Positions 27,180-41,143 are shown, numbered from the whole stretch's first letter. The stretch: DNA of 63,384 bases, filler included, from Conidiobolus incongruus B7586 (GCA_000697335.1; 19 parts of 19 records of this genome joined end to end with filler, not necessarily neighbours in it), one strand, 5' to 3'. Notes: generated by a model from the letters alone, not told the origin. A program made the numbers and translations.

Positions 27180-29631
27180 ATTATTATAAGTTCAATACTT
27201 TCAGATAATCAAATATTTTTTTCAATTGTATTTTAGCAAGTGTTTATTTTGGATAATTATAGCTTGATTTTATCAAAATCACAAATACTTTTTTAAAAAT
27301 TCAATTGATTAATATTCTTACCTCTCATTAGTTTTTGCTAAATATATTTAAAGTATATTAAAAAAGTTGCTTATTAATGACTTTTTATACTGTTTAAACA
27401 TTTCGAAACCAGTAATTTGACGATTTGAAAACTCCGCTAATAGGAGAAATATTTGAACTAGCATTTTATACTTTTCTAATATTATTGAAATCTAGTCTTT
27501 AGTAAAATATATAATTATTAATTAGATAATAATTGATATATTTTTAAATTTGATGAATTCATATCTACTAGAAAGATAAAAATAACTTTATTATATATTT
27601 TGAAAAAAATTATGACAAAAAATATCAATTTTGTCTTATATCTATATCAATCTTTATTATTGAAAAATTAAATTATAATGTATTATCATATTACGGTTAT
27701 GAATTTCTTTTATGTTGATTTATCAAATATGGTTTATAATATATAAAATGAGCGAATATAGGATATATTAAAACATTTTTAATTTACCTTAATTGCTTAA
27801 AAATATTAAAATACTTAATTGATATTTGGTAATATCTTATAATGTGACAATTATGAATCTGATGAAAAGAGACAAAATATCAAAACAATTAATACAATAT
27901 TGATTCACAATTTATTAAATAGAATTGAGAAAAATTAGACTGATAAAAACCGTTATATAAGAAATATTGCCAAGCACCACTTTAAGTAGACTCATAATAT
28001 TTAGTAATATTATCAAAATATTAAATTTAAAACATAACCTTATCAAATTTTCGAATATGCAGTCTTTTCAAATAATTTAAAAATACATTTTCAAATTATC
28101 TAAATTTATTTTTTACTATTGACAATAAAATTGATATATCATATAATAAAAGTACTATATAAATTGTATCTATCAATTTGAATAGGTTTTGCCAATATTA
28201 ATAAACATTATAATCCAAGGAATTAGTCCAATTTAAAATATTATTAACAAAAATGATCTTTAAATTGAAATGTTATTAACAATATTTATTGATTTTTTAA
28301 ATGAAATATATTTGAATAAATTTATGAATATAGTATCATTTAAAAAAATTAATTATTATACTACTATAAACTTATTTGAAATATATATTTAATATTATTT
28401 TATTAAACAAAATATATAGAAAAAATATCTTTATCAAATGAACAAAAAAGCATATTAAATTTAATATATAAATAAAATTATTGGATTCATTATAATAATA
28501 GATTATTTTATAATATACATAAAATTTTTTTATTTCTGTATATTTCAAATTTTTATTAAATTTTGAAATTGATTTATTTGGTTGCATAAATTTATTAATT
28601 TTTTTTCATTCATATTCAATTTTTATATATTCTATATTTTGAGTTAATAAATATATTAAGTAATATAAATATCAATTTATTCTTTATTATCATATATGAC
28701 TATTTGATATTTTAATTCAAACCTTTGAAAAATCTATATACTTAGCAATGGAAATTTTTATAAACTAGAATATTTCGAAATAAATTCTTATTAAGTTATC
28801 AGATAATTCTATAAAATATAGTATATTCATTAACAATAGTAATCACCCTTCAGCGGATTGATATTTTTTATTATTTTAAGAGTATGAAGTTGAAAAATAT
28901 ATATGGTTTATATCTACAAATAGTACACTGATCAATTTTTCAAAAGAACCCTCGAATTCAAATAAAGTAACTATTATTGAGTTAGTATTGAAGATATTAA
29001 TAGTCCTATATTATTATTTAGCAAAAAGAAAATAAAGACAAGGAAAATTAACTTAATATAGATCAATATTATCGTGATCACAATCATCAAGGCAAAGGCA
29101 ATCAAGTATACGGTAACAACACAATTTATAACCACAATATATTATTTACAAGTAACTAGATTGTTTTTCTGATTTATGGTGACAGGTTAGGAAGTTTTGA
29201 GGCTAACTGATTCAGGATATTATAAAATATTCATATTGATCACCTAACTATTAAGTTCTGTGAAGATTATTGAATAATTTTACATATACTCTAGTATTTT
29301 CTTTAAATCTAATATTTTTAATTATTTTATGATTTTTTATATTATCATGTTGAAAGCTATTTTACTAAGCCATATAGTCATCTATTATTATTCCAAAATT
29401 GAATTCATCTAGATTAATATTCACAATTATTTAAATATAAGTATCTAGAAGAATCTGAATTTTTAGTAATTTACTAATATAAAACTATTTAATTTGGATA
29501 TTTGATAAGTTTATTCTAATATAATAATTAAATATATTTTATTTAAATATTAATACACTCTATAATATTACTAAAAAAATAAATATAGGAATAATTTTAA
29601 AATGAAAATTGAACTAAATTTTTATTTATAA

Positions 29632-30023
29632 TGTAGGTATAGTGATAATGAAACCAATATAGTGTAGATAAAGACTTAATATAAAAATAGTGTGACATAA
29701 ACTATATTAGTATAATATGGAAATATAAACAAAGCTTAATTAAGGTTTAGTAAAAAATAAGTCATTAATATATTAGATTTTATATTAGGTAGTGTCAATA
29801 TATAAATGACAAAATATAGTTTTAATGTTAAGAATAATATATTAAATAAGAAATAATAAGAGTTAAAAGAAAAAAGAGGAATTTAATTTATTAAATAATT
29901 CAATACTTTTTTATAATTAATTTTGCTTTGAAAGTATAGATTAATTATAATTTTTATAATTAATCAAATATATAGAAATATATAGAAATATTTATTAAAA
30001 TTTAAAAAAATAATTTTTTAATA
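29632..30023 (-). mobile_element. Solo LTR of family B with 5-bp TSD
   Basis: Runs TGTAGG...TTAATA (CA>TA) and is homologous to 3413-3810. TATAA flanks both sides (29627-29631 and 30024-30028). Confidence 0.8.
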
Positions 30024-30287
30024 TATAATATATCAAAATAAATGAATAATTTAAAACTAATNNNNNNNNNNNNNNNNNNNNNNNNNNNNNNNNNNNNNNN
30101 NNNNNTTAATTAATTAANNNNNNNNNNNNNNNNNNNNNNNNNNNNNNNNNNNNNNNNNNNNTAATTAAAAATAATTTTTTTAAAAAATAAGTGATATTTA
30201 TTTTAATATAAATTATATAAATAATATTTATATTAACTAATATTTTTATATATTTATCTATAAAAGTAAGTTATAAAAACAAATATA

Positions 30288-31550
30288 CACTGGCTTACAA
30301 AAATAAGTCATAAAATTATGATTATATATATTATTATCAATAACTCTATTAATTCTTAATCAAATTAATTTAAATTAAAACATATAATAAACTTATATTA
30401 TTTATTTATAATTAACTATATTTGATCTAATTATATTAAATTTCTGTTGATATATTAAAGTTTAAATTTTATCTAAGATAAGTTATAAATTTGTGTATTT
30501 TGGTTATAAAAAGAAAATTAAAACTTAATATATTTACCTTTTGCTTTCTTAACTTCTTTAAATTTATAGGGTATAGAGTCAACTAACTTTTTACATTAAG
30601 AAGGATTAATTTTGTTCTAAGCTTCTTAAATATATTCCTAAAGCTTATTTAAATTTTTTGTTGGTGGGAAAGCTTTAATTATTTTTTTTAATTGATCCTA
30701 AAGATATTCAATTAAATTAAGGTTAAAGGATTAAAAAAGCAACTTTATAACTATTATTTTATTTTTTTAAACTATTTGGTAGTAGAAATAATAGTATAGC
30801 AAAAGGTATTATCTTATTGAAAAATAAAATCTGATTTATTTAACTTATATTACTCAATAGTTTTTTTTAATTTATTGTTTAGAATATTTTAATATATTTT
30901 AATATTAATTCCCCTATTAACTTTACAAAGATACCTTATACTAGAAGATAATATACATCCTTAAACTATAATTAACCCATTATTATATTTTTAGGTTAAA
31001 ATAACATAATGGTCACAAAGTAGTTTTTTATTTTTTCTAAAATATCTAGCTTTTCTATTAAATCCACTAAGGTATATTTTTGTTTTATTAAACTAGATAA
31101 CTTTACTTTAATTAGTTTTGGTTTAACTTTAGTGATAATATTTAAACTCCTGCTTAACTTGATAATAAGACTACTTTAGTTAAAGGTGTTTTTTCTTAAA
31201 ATATAAGCAGTATCTATTATAATGTAAAACACATATAATAATATTATTACTAATTAATATTCTTATATAATCTTATAATTCTTTTTATATTTATATAGCA
31301 ATATTATATTTACTTATATTAACTAACTTATAAATATACTTTTTATCATGTTTATCTATAATACTAACATACTTAAGTTTAAGTTTAAATATATCCTTAC
31401 TATAATTTTTAATAGCTTTAACTATAATAGACTAACTAACACTAATAATTTTAATAATCTCATAAGTTAATTTATCTTTATTATAGAGTTAATTAATATA
31501 CAAGTGAATCTTTTTAGAGAGGGATTTAAGTATTTTAATATTAATATTAT
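30288..31550 (-). mobile_element. Tc1-like (DD34E) transposon relic with intact TA|CACTGG terminus
   Basis: TA followed by CACTGGCTTACAAAAATAAGTC. Collinear with 54624-55880 and 60170-61250. Minus strand shows *SKVI*FNKTK and F(Q)*DN motifs. Confidence 0.85.
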
Positions 31551-32597
31551 TTAAAATAATAATTTACAATAATANNNNNNNNNNNNNNNNNNNNNNNNNN
31601 NNNNNNNNNNNNNNNNNNTTAATTAATTAANNNNNNNNNNNNNNNNNNNNNNNNNNNNNNNNNNNNNNNNNNNNTTATAATCAAATTAAAAATTTTTTAA
31701 AAAATAATTTATAAATAGAATAAATAATATTAATATATATATATATAGAGTTTAAATCTTTTTAATTTTTTATTTTATATATTTATAATTTTTAAAAACT
31801 AATTATATTTATGAAAAATTTAAAAACAAAAAATTTCCAATTTTTTTACTTTATAATAATGATATATTAGTAATAAATAGATAAAAAATTAATAATATTA
31901 AATGGCAAAATTAATGTTATAGTTAAAATAATAAAATTTAACATATTATTTAATTAAATTTTACTTTAAATATATCAAACTATAGATTGATTCTTTTGAA
32001 AATATATTATAATTAAATATAAATTAGAATTGTAATAATTTGAATTTTAGATTTTAAATTAAATTTGAACCAAAATAACTGCTAAAAATATATAAAAATA
32101 TTAAATAATAAATTAAATTATAATTTTGGTTGAATTGATAAAAATGATTTTTATTCACACATATATTACCAAAAACTTTTGCTATTAATCTTTTGATAAT
32201 CTCAAATTCATGGCAACTATTTTAAGATATTTATCCATGAATATTGCAAGAATCTGAATAGGATGTTAAAATTGCATTACATGAATATTATTATTAAGTT
32301 GTTATTTAGAATATTATAACTTTGAATTAAAATAATAAATCATGAAATAAGTTAATATCTAAAATATATTGTTGATTAATATATATATATATATATGGAA
32401 TATTTAAAAATAAATTTAAAATATATGAAATGATAGCGTATGAAAATATTTATTGATCAAATCTAGGATCAAGATGAAATAATAATAATAAAAATAATTA
32501 CAAAACCTATATGAATTTTAAAATATATGTAATTTTGGAATGATGAAAGGAAGGAATAGAGAATAGAATTATTCGGTTGATGAAAAATATAAGAGTA

Positions 32598-35498
32598 TCA
32601 CCGTCCATTAATGGCTTGAGCCCATTTGATTAATGTATCCTTTTCGCCACTGAAATAATATATTTTAGAGTCGTCAACGACTCGAAGTTCGTTATCACTG
32701 ATTAATTTAGCAGGATAAAGCTTGGTACCCAAGTGAAGAATTTTAGTTAATTCGAGCTGTCCATTAGGATAGGATTTGCATTTGATCATAATGTCATTAA
32801 ATAAAATGAATGTGAATGTCTGATCAATCAAACTCACTTGAAGTGAATGAGAGGGTGGTGAAGAAATAGAATGATGATCCCCATTACGACTATTATGAGA
32901 CTGTTGATTTTGAGTTTCGCGTAGCACATAACCCATACTAAAGTTGTGGTAGCTGAATGTAGGGTTAGTGCTGGATTTGGTAATCGGAGTAGAAGTACGA
33001 GTGGAATGAGATGGTGTAGGAGGATTACTTGACATTGGCGTGGTGGGTAGAGAAGTTGTAGATGGTTGACTGATATTCGAAGGATTACGAGTTTTAAGAG
33101 TAACAGTTTTGACAAGATATAAGCTACCCTCTTTAATAAATCTTCTGTGTGGTTCTACAAGACCAACATCATGAAAATGATTCTTAATCCTATTTTGAAT
33201 CGAAAGAACTTTATCATGACTTTCCTTGTCCCTTTTACGCTCATTGATATCATCAGCAAGCTTAGATATTTCTTGTAGAGCAAATTTGAGGTGGGTATGA
33301 TCGGGATGCGACTCATCTGTAAACTTTAAAAGATCTTGAAGTAAAAGTTTATATCTTGGAATTCTCTGAACTGGTAAAAGTAAGTATCCCTGTAAATTTA
33401 ATTGACTATGCTTGGGGTGAAGTTTGGCATTATCAAAATATTGCTTAATCTTCTTTTTAGTTTTTCCGAGAGCTTGAAGTCTTTCAACTTCATGATTGCT
33501 TTGATCAAAGTCATTAACATACATAGAATACATCTTCATGAATGCGGTGTAATTTTGGAATACCTGGCCTATGGGTGGATCTGGTTGACGCATTGCAGAT
33601 CTGAATTCAGGAAGAAACACTTGAGAATGTAAAGAGAGAACGGATTCAATTTTAGAAAACATAATCCTCATTTCGTCTGGAGAAAATATATTTTTCTCTT
33701 GGGCGGGTTTGATATATATATCCACAACTCCTTGTAAAGATTCAACATAGGTCTCTTCAGTTGCTAAAATTTCCTTCATGATGTTCATTCGCCTTTGTTC
33801 ATCATGTCTAGCACCAGAAATATGTGAATCAATTTCTTCGTCAATCGAGATCACTGTACTAGTTTTTGCAATTCGGCGCTTATTCCTAATCAAATCATGC
33901 TCTGATGAGCTTGGGCTCAAATCCCAAATATCAGCAAGTTGTCTTAAGAAAGAAAGGACAATGCTTGAAGAAGGAAGGTTGCCAGGTAGTTTTAACCATT
34001 GATGTGATGGAGGAATATGACTGGGCGAATATTGCAGTGTGTCTGGGGAATTGTGCGAAAGAGGAGGAGCTGACTGAGAGGCTGATAATGGAAATGAAAT
34101 TAAACTAGAGTCACCAAAGCTTTCATGCGGAGAAGTGGAGCCATAAGATGAACGAGAAGTATGAGTAAGTTCACTAGAATGAGAAGTTCTGTGAAGTAAT
34201 TCTGGGGTGGTAGGAGAAATCTCAGGAGAGGATCCATTATTTCCCCCAGATTGGACCCTTTTAGTTGTGGGCCGAGAGTTGAGATAATCTTGAGCATTAT
34301 AGTTAGTAGAACCAGGGGTCATAAAAATAAGACCATCCATTGTATGGCATTTTCGATTGTCAAAATTAGAGGTGGATACCACAGGAGAATCTATTGTTAA
34401 TTTTTTCGTTTGCGCTCTGTTGGGATTTTTGGCAGGAATGACAGGAGGAGGAGTATTATTGAAATTTGCTTTCAAATTTCCAGAACTCAGACTATGACCC
34501 AGTTGACGAATTTTATGCGAGAATTTAGGCTCAATCTTAAGTGCAGGGGATCTCTCGTCTCCTTGTGAAGAGCTACTACTGCTACCACCACTTATACTAA
34601 TTTTCCTTAACTGTGTTCCTATTTGGCCAAAATCAAAAGAAGTTTTAATTGGAGAATCAAGTGGGATAGAGGGTGATAAAGGAGAACGAGGAGAATTGGA
34701 GGTATTTGTGTGAAGACCTTTCTTAACAGCTTTCCTGATCATTTGCCAACGATTTATCTTTACATTATCGCTCGATCTGGTACGTGGGCCTAGCGTGTGT
34801 GGATTGGGCTTTTGACAAAGTATTGGCTCGACTAGTGAATAGAAAGTAGGCTCAAAAGGATTGTCATCAACCAATATTGTGAACAATTTAGCTTCTAAAC
34901 AACCCAAACTATATGGTAAACATTGTAGTTGATTATGTCTTAGATCCAAATGATGTAAATTGATTAATTTTCTAACTTCATTACTGATATGCCTAAGTCT
35001 ATTACAACTTACATCTAATATTTCAAGTTCGGTTAGGCAACCTATCGAATCAGGTAATTGTGTAAGTAAGTTATTGTTTAAATAAAGTTCTTTAAGTCCA
35101 GTCATTGAATTAAGATGGAGAGGTAAGTCTTCTATTTGGTTATAAGATAGATCTAAAACCACTAATTGACTAAAATATGGTAATTGAAGAGTATGAACTT
35201 TTGTTAGTATGTTGTTATCAAGTCGTAAATGAGTTATAACTACATAAAAGAAAGCAATTAATTAAGTATAATAAAGAAGCTTGAGAGAATTAAAATTACC
35301 TCCTTCGAATTGAGGAAGATATTCTAATTGACTATTAGAATAATCCACATAAGTGCTATCTGAATAATCATAGTCATCATAATTCTCTGAATAATTCATA
35401 TCCAAATTAGTATTAATGGGCGGTAATTTTGTTGAATTCATATCAAATGGAGTATAATCAATATTTTGAGTAGTTCGCTGTGATTCGCAAGTTATCAT
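32598..35498 (-). CDS. LRR-DH(RhoGEF)-PH guanine nucleotide exchange factor (2 exons, 946 aa)
   Basis: Exon 1 is 35498-35300, then a 60-nt GT-AG intron at 35299-35240, then exon 2 at 35239-32598, all in frame. N-terminal LRRs (LDLSYNQIEDLP, LYLNNNLLTQLP). DH motifs EILATEETYVESL and LLLPVQRIPRYKLLLQDLLK. PH motifs RRFIKEGSL...FILFNDIMI...WAQAI. Confidence 0.93.
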
Positions 35499-38449
35499 AT
35501 CCTATACTCTAAACTAATGCGTGATAAATGGGCTATTTTTACCCGATAATAATAATAAAAACCAAATAACGATGACCAGTTCGTTAAATAGATATAATAG
35601 ACAATACCCGCAATTGATGGTAGAAATAGGTTGAAGATGAAAAAAAGAATTGAGAGATAGATACGGTGTGATGGATTGATATGTTGAAATTAATAACAAT
35701 ATAAAATAGAACAAAATTACAAAGATAAAATTATTTTCTATCTCCTTTCTCCTCAATATCCAAATTACACAAAAACGAATAAACTTCATCAAAATAAGTT
35801 GAATTAACGCCAAATCACATTTTTAACTAATACCCGTTAGCAAAATTGACAGCGTTATCCATCTGCATTTCAGAAAATGCCAAGTTTCACAAAACTCTTT
35901 AAATTGATTCATTCCCCTTCTTCTTTCACAATATTCCTCTGTCTCTTATGAATGCCTCATTCATACTACATTTAGTGTATGCATTTTCTCTCAATTGATT
36001 AATACTTGATTGATTCAAAACAAATTTATGTGCTTTGATACCATATATTTCTGCAATTCAACACCTTTGAAATTCAATTCTTTGTTTAACAATATCAGCT
36101 TTAATTTAAATCTATTAATTCTTTGCAAAGATATCCAATCAAAGTCACTTTCAAATTAGAATTTGATCAGTTTTTTTATCAAATTCTAACTTATTCATAA
36201 ATTGTTTTTTATTATTATTTTGTTTATGACCTCCACATCATGTGAAAATTAGCGGCTCTGTTTTCTACTCATAAATAGAATTTATTGGCTATAAATTGCA
36301 GTCGAGTAATAATTTAATAATAAAAATTCCACATATTTTTTATATTTGGTGGTATTTCTTTCATATAAATATTTATCTAAATTCTCTTATAAATGAAAAT
36401 AATATCACCAAATTAAGTCACATTGCTCTTTATTTATTTTCATTACAATTTGATCATATTAATTATTAATACTATTGAAAAATATTCCAACTAATAATTT
36501 CCAAATAATTCATTTGACCAATACAGTATAATTTAGAATTTTGAATCACTACATATTTCATATAATTAAGAATAACTTTATAATTTAATATGATATATTT
36601 TCATATTTTTTATTGTATTTAACCAATATTGATTTATAAATTACTCTAAATAGTTACAAGTATATCTCATAATATAGTATCAAAAAACTCCCATAAATAA
36701 ATTTAACTTTATTTTTCAAATTTTTTATATCAAAATATTTTATCCTTATTCTAATTTATATTTTATTAATTATGAATATAGTATTTAAAAATTTGAATTT
36801 AATTAGATCAATCACATGATTAAATCTTCAAAATCAATAACAAATTATATTAGGAAAAAAAATTAAAAAGTTTATCTTAAAAATCCAGTTTATATACAAA
36901 TATATATATTATCAATGTTTGATGATAAAAACTCATTGAAATATTATATAAGATTATATTATAATTATGATATAATTAATATTTAAAAAAGGTTATGTTT
37001 ATTAAAAAAGTTTATTTTATTTTTATTAAAAATTTATTAATTGAGAATTTTATATGATTTAATAATAATTATTTATAACTTTCTTGATAAATTTAAAAGA
37101 ATTATATATTNNNNNNNNNNNNNNNNNNNNNNNNNNNNNNNNNNNNNNNNNNNNTTAATTAATTAANNNNNNNNNNNNNNNNNNNNNNNNNNNNNNNNNN
37201 NNNNNNNNNNTTTTATTTTAATATGATTATTTAGATAAAATCTTAAAATATAATAAATCATATATTATTTATTTTTATCTAATAATGATATTAATCAATT
37301 AAAAAAATTTTGATTTAATTTATTAAATTTAAAAACTTATATATTACTGGCTATTTTGGCTTAAATAAAAATAAAGCAAAATTAAATTATATTTTAAAAT
37401 CTATTATATTTATAAAATAATAAAAATAAAATACTTGAATAGGACTATTTATATAAATTTAACTATATTTATTTTTTCTCAATAAATAGTTATTTAACAA
37501 AAATATTTCAAACTTATAATAGATATATATAAATGATCAGAATTAAATATAATAGAGCTAATATATTAATAATTTAATAAAATATAATAAACTAATTCTT
37601 AAATAATAAGAATTAACTAAAAATGATTAAATTTATAAATAAATTGATATATTAATTTCTAGTTTTCGACTTGTCAAGTTTTTATAAAATATATGTATTA
37701 AATCATTATCAAGCAAAATTCAATATATATTTCAAAATTTCAAATATTTTTTGGAATAAATAAATATACTATGGTTCATATTTAATTGATAATTCTGGAC
37801 TAACTTCTATTTATATAAGAGTTAATCTAAGCTTAATATCCATAAATAAATTAAAAAGAACTTTATATTTACATGGTTAAATATATAAAATAAAAAAATA
37901 TAAAATAAGTTAATTATAATATTTAATGCAATTAAAAAGATATAAGAAGTATTATAAACAATATCCACAAATAAAAGATATTGCAATCAAACAGTAGTAA
38001 GAAATTTTTTTAAATATTTCAATACTTGATTAATAATAAAAAAGTATAAATCTTTTTAAACGAACTCTTTTATATAATACTATATATATTATTTTATTTA
38101 ACTTTGAAAAAATAAATAATTTCATAAAGGAATCATAAAATCGAATCCTATATGAAATGATTAATCATTGAAAAAAATAAAAAATTTTAAAAAATATAAA
38201 GTAATATATTAGATCATAATTTATATTTAATAATAAAAAAATAAAACAATAAATAAAATAAATGGATATTCAACTTTAATATTAATTACAATAAAAAAAT
38301 TTTAATTTATCATTGTATATGATAAATTAAATTCAAAAGGAGATAAAAGGTAATAATATTATAAAAAATTATATTAAACAAAATTCTATTAATAATAGCT
38401 AAAAGTATTTAAAATAATTTAAGTTTGATAAAATAATTTTTAAAAAGAC

Positions 38450-39911
38450 CTAAAAAATAATAAATAGCTCCCGGAAAGCAATTAAACTCTTATTAAAATT
38501 ATTAATTATAATAATAATAATAATATGTGTTTTCCTCCCATAATGTTTAAGCAAATTTCCCATTTAAGATATTCACAAGTATCAATATTTAAATTAATAT
38601 TTTTCTTTTTATATATAATAGTTAGCAAGGGAGGAACTTAATTAACTATAGAAGGTAGTTATTGAAAAATAAGGGTGTGGTAATTAATGAGTTAGGGCAC
38701 CATTATCTAATAATATGTTGCCTTTATGATAAATTCTTCAGTTACTTATTGGTGGATCTTAGAGGTTGTTGGCAGTTTCATTTTTAATAATTTGATATAA
38801 TAATACGACTTATTCTGAAACAATATTTTTAACATTTAAAAATAAAAATTAAGATTTGAAAAACAACCTCAGCCTAAATCTTTGAACCCTGCTGTCTTGA
38901 GCCAGGCTGATATTACCTAAAACAAGGTTATATTAAAAATATCAAGAAGTTCCCGAGTCAACTCAAGATAAATAAAACAATTACTACAGGACAAGAGAGT
39001 ATAGGAGGACATGTCACGATAGTTCATCCAGCTATTTTGGTAATCCCTTAAAAAGATCAAAGAACTAATGAATAGTTTCCTCAAAATTATAGTACTTTAT
39101 TTAGATTAATTGACTATTACATTGGTAATTTTACGCTTTCTTTCCCCTCCTACAATGTTCAGGGAAGTTCCCTTTGTAGGGTCTTCACAGTCACAGTATT
39201 TGGACTAGCATTCGCCCTTTTATGTGCGATGGTTAGCTGGTGAGGAACTTGGTTAACTACTGGAGGTAACCATTGTATAATGCGTGTGTGCTTATCAATG
39301 AGTTGGGGAATTCTTATTCATCAGTGCCAATGACCTCTTAGTGAATTCTTCAGCTCCTCATTGGCGTATCTTAGAGGTAGTTGACACCTATGGGAATTAT
39401 TTGACATTGATTCAAGTAAACAAGAGAATAAAGCTTTAGTATTTGGAATGAGGAAATTATTGCCTCAAGTAATTATAACAGTTTGATCTCCACTACAGTT
39501 TTGATAAACAGAGTTTCTAAATAGACGAGCACTTTTCCCGCTATATGAGGAGCGGCAGCTACAAGTTGGGTGGGAAAACAAGCCCTGACCGCCTCATTGT
39601 ATGGAATTACTCTATGATCTACTAGAACTAAGTCGAACATTATGTCTTGATCAACTAGAATAAACAGGTTTCAAAATAAATGAATTGAACAATCGTTGGT
39701 TGTCTAATTTGATAATGACCAATTTGTTATGTTTTATTGATAAACTTAGATAAGTTTTGATAGTCCTTAGCAGATCTGTTCTTGAAAGTGTTAGATAAAT
39801 CTCATACTAGTGGCTGTTTGGAACCAAACGAGGAAACTCACTCGATAGTATAGTCACCTATTCGAGGGACAAGTGAAAACTTAATATCGGTCAGTCACTC
39901 AGTTGGTGACA
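38450..39911 (-). mobile_element. LTR retrotransposon 5' fragment (LTR about 39725-39911, gag, protease), degenerate but GC- and CpG-retaining
   Basis: Termini TGTTAT...GTGACA, with a TGG-initiated PBS-like sequence just inside. Gag-like SYSGKSAR and IGVNYL*DTPMRS* and protease-like NILLDNGA near 38695-38720. Many stops. Left end is approximate. Confidence 0.6.
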
Positions 39912-40405
39912 GAAATAAAATTAGAATTAAGATATTTCTATTGAATTTAATTGAAGATAAATTAACCAATATTTGTAATATTTTGATTAATAAAAATTCT
40001 TGTTAATAAAATGATACAAGAATTTTCCATATTATTCAATCAAATTATAATGAAATAACTGCAGTGATGGAATTAAACAGAAAAATTCAAATAACATCAT
40101 ATTAGAGTAATGATAACCATATTTATTAGTAATAACTGATTACTCAGATATCATTTTAAATTCTTCGCTTTAATTGGTCAAAAAAATTAAATTAATATAT
40201 TGAATTTGAAATTAATTTTATCAATAAATATTAATAGAAATGGATCATTAATTAATATGAATTAAATAATCGTTAAGCTCGCTAATATAGTCATATTTTT
40301 TATAATACAGGGTAAACTTTATTATATCATTTAATGATATCAGTAATTGATTAAAACTTGACCATTAAGCTTGAATACAGAGCTAATATTAGTTTTTGAT
40401 TGTTA

Positions 40406-41143
40406 CTACCAATTTTCCATTCCGGATAACAAAACCAATTGAGTTTTACAATGGCCCAAAACCAATAGTTCTATTATAAATTTGAATGCCAAAATTGATG
40501 GCTTAGTCATATATGATTCTTTCTCTCTTCCACTATATTCCAAATAGATAAGGATTATATCTAAGGACCACATGAATGCCATAGTCAAAACCACTTTGAT
40601 TAACATAGCTCGAATTGTAGAAGCCATGGAAATTTTAGAAAATTTGAGAATAAGTTTTAAAAGGCAAAAGGTAATAAAAGATTCCGATACAATAGTAGAA
40701 GTTGCACTAACATTCTCAGTACCATTAATAATACTATTAACCACATCTTCTGATATTCCTAGATCCCAAATTAAAAATGTTGAGCAAACGCATTGATTGA
40801 TCCAATTGAAAAAATTAATGGAATAACATATTCTCACTTGCCATTTATGTAATAAATCTTTATAATAACTGGTTAAAAAATATAAATAAGATTGAGTATA
40901 AAACATCCAACATGAACAACCTGCTAATATATAATTAATACGTTTAAAGTAGGCAAATTCGTCTGTATATATATTCGAAATTAGAATACATTGCCAAAAT
41001 CCAGCAGTAGCACAAAATATTAGCATTAAACAATATTTTAAGTTAAATAATTTAAGTGTAAAATACATAAAAACAGTTTGAATCAATATAGTCCCCAATG
41101 TTGCCATATTCACCAAAGTAACAAAAAAATAGTCAATATTCAT
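40406..41143 (-). CDS. Intronless 245-aa multi-pass (about 7 TM) membrane protein, possibly receptor-like
   Basis: A 738-nt ATG-initiated ORF in very AT-rich surroundings, with seven regularly spaced hydrophobic segments. Confidence 0.8.
   Translation of the reverse strand: MNIDYFFVTLVNMATLGTILIQTVFMYFTLKLFNLKYCLMLIFCATAGFWQCILISNIYTDEFAYFKRINYILAGCSCWMFYTQSYLYFLTSYYKDLLHKWQVRICYSINFFNWINQCVCSTFLIWDLGISEDVVNSIINGTENVSATSTIVSESFITFCLLKLILKFSKISMASTIRAMLIKVVLTMAFMWSLDIILIYLEYSGREKESYMTKPSILAFKFIIELLVLGHCKTQLVLLSGMENW

Noticed and set aside
32834..34297. Five short ORFs overlapping the RhoGEF
   Set aside because: Alternate-frame or antisense by-products of a GC-richer coding region.
35514..35813. 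99-aa minus-strand ORF upstream of the RhoGEF
   Set aside because: Non-ATG start and low-complexity hydrophobic composition; more likely 5' UTR or promoter.
40572..40796. 74-aa plus-strand ORF
   Set aside because: Antisense to the 7TM gene.
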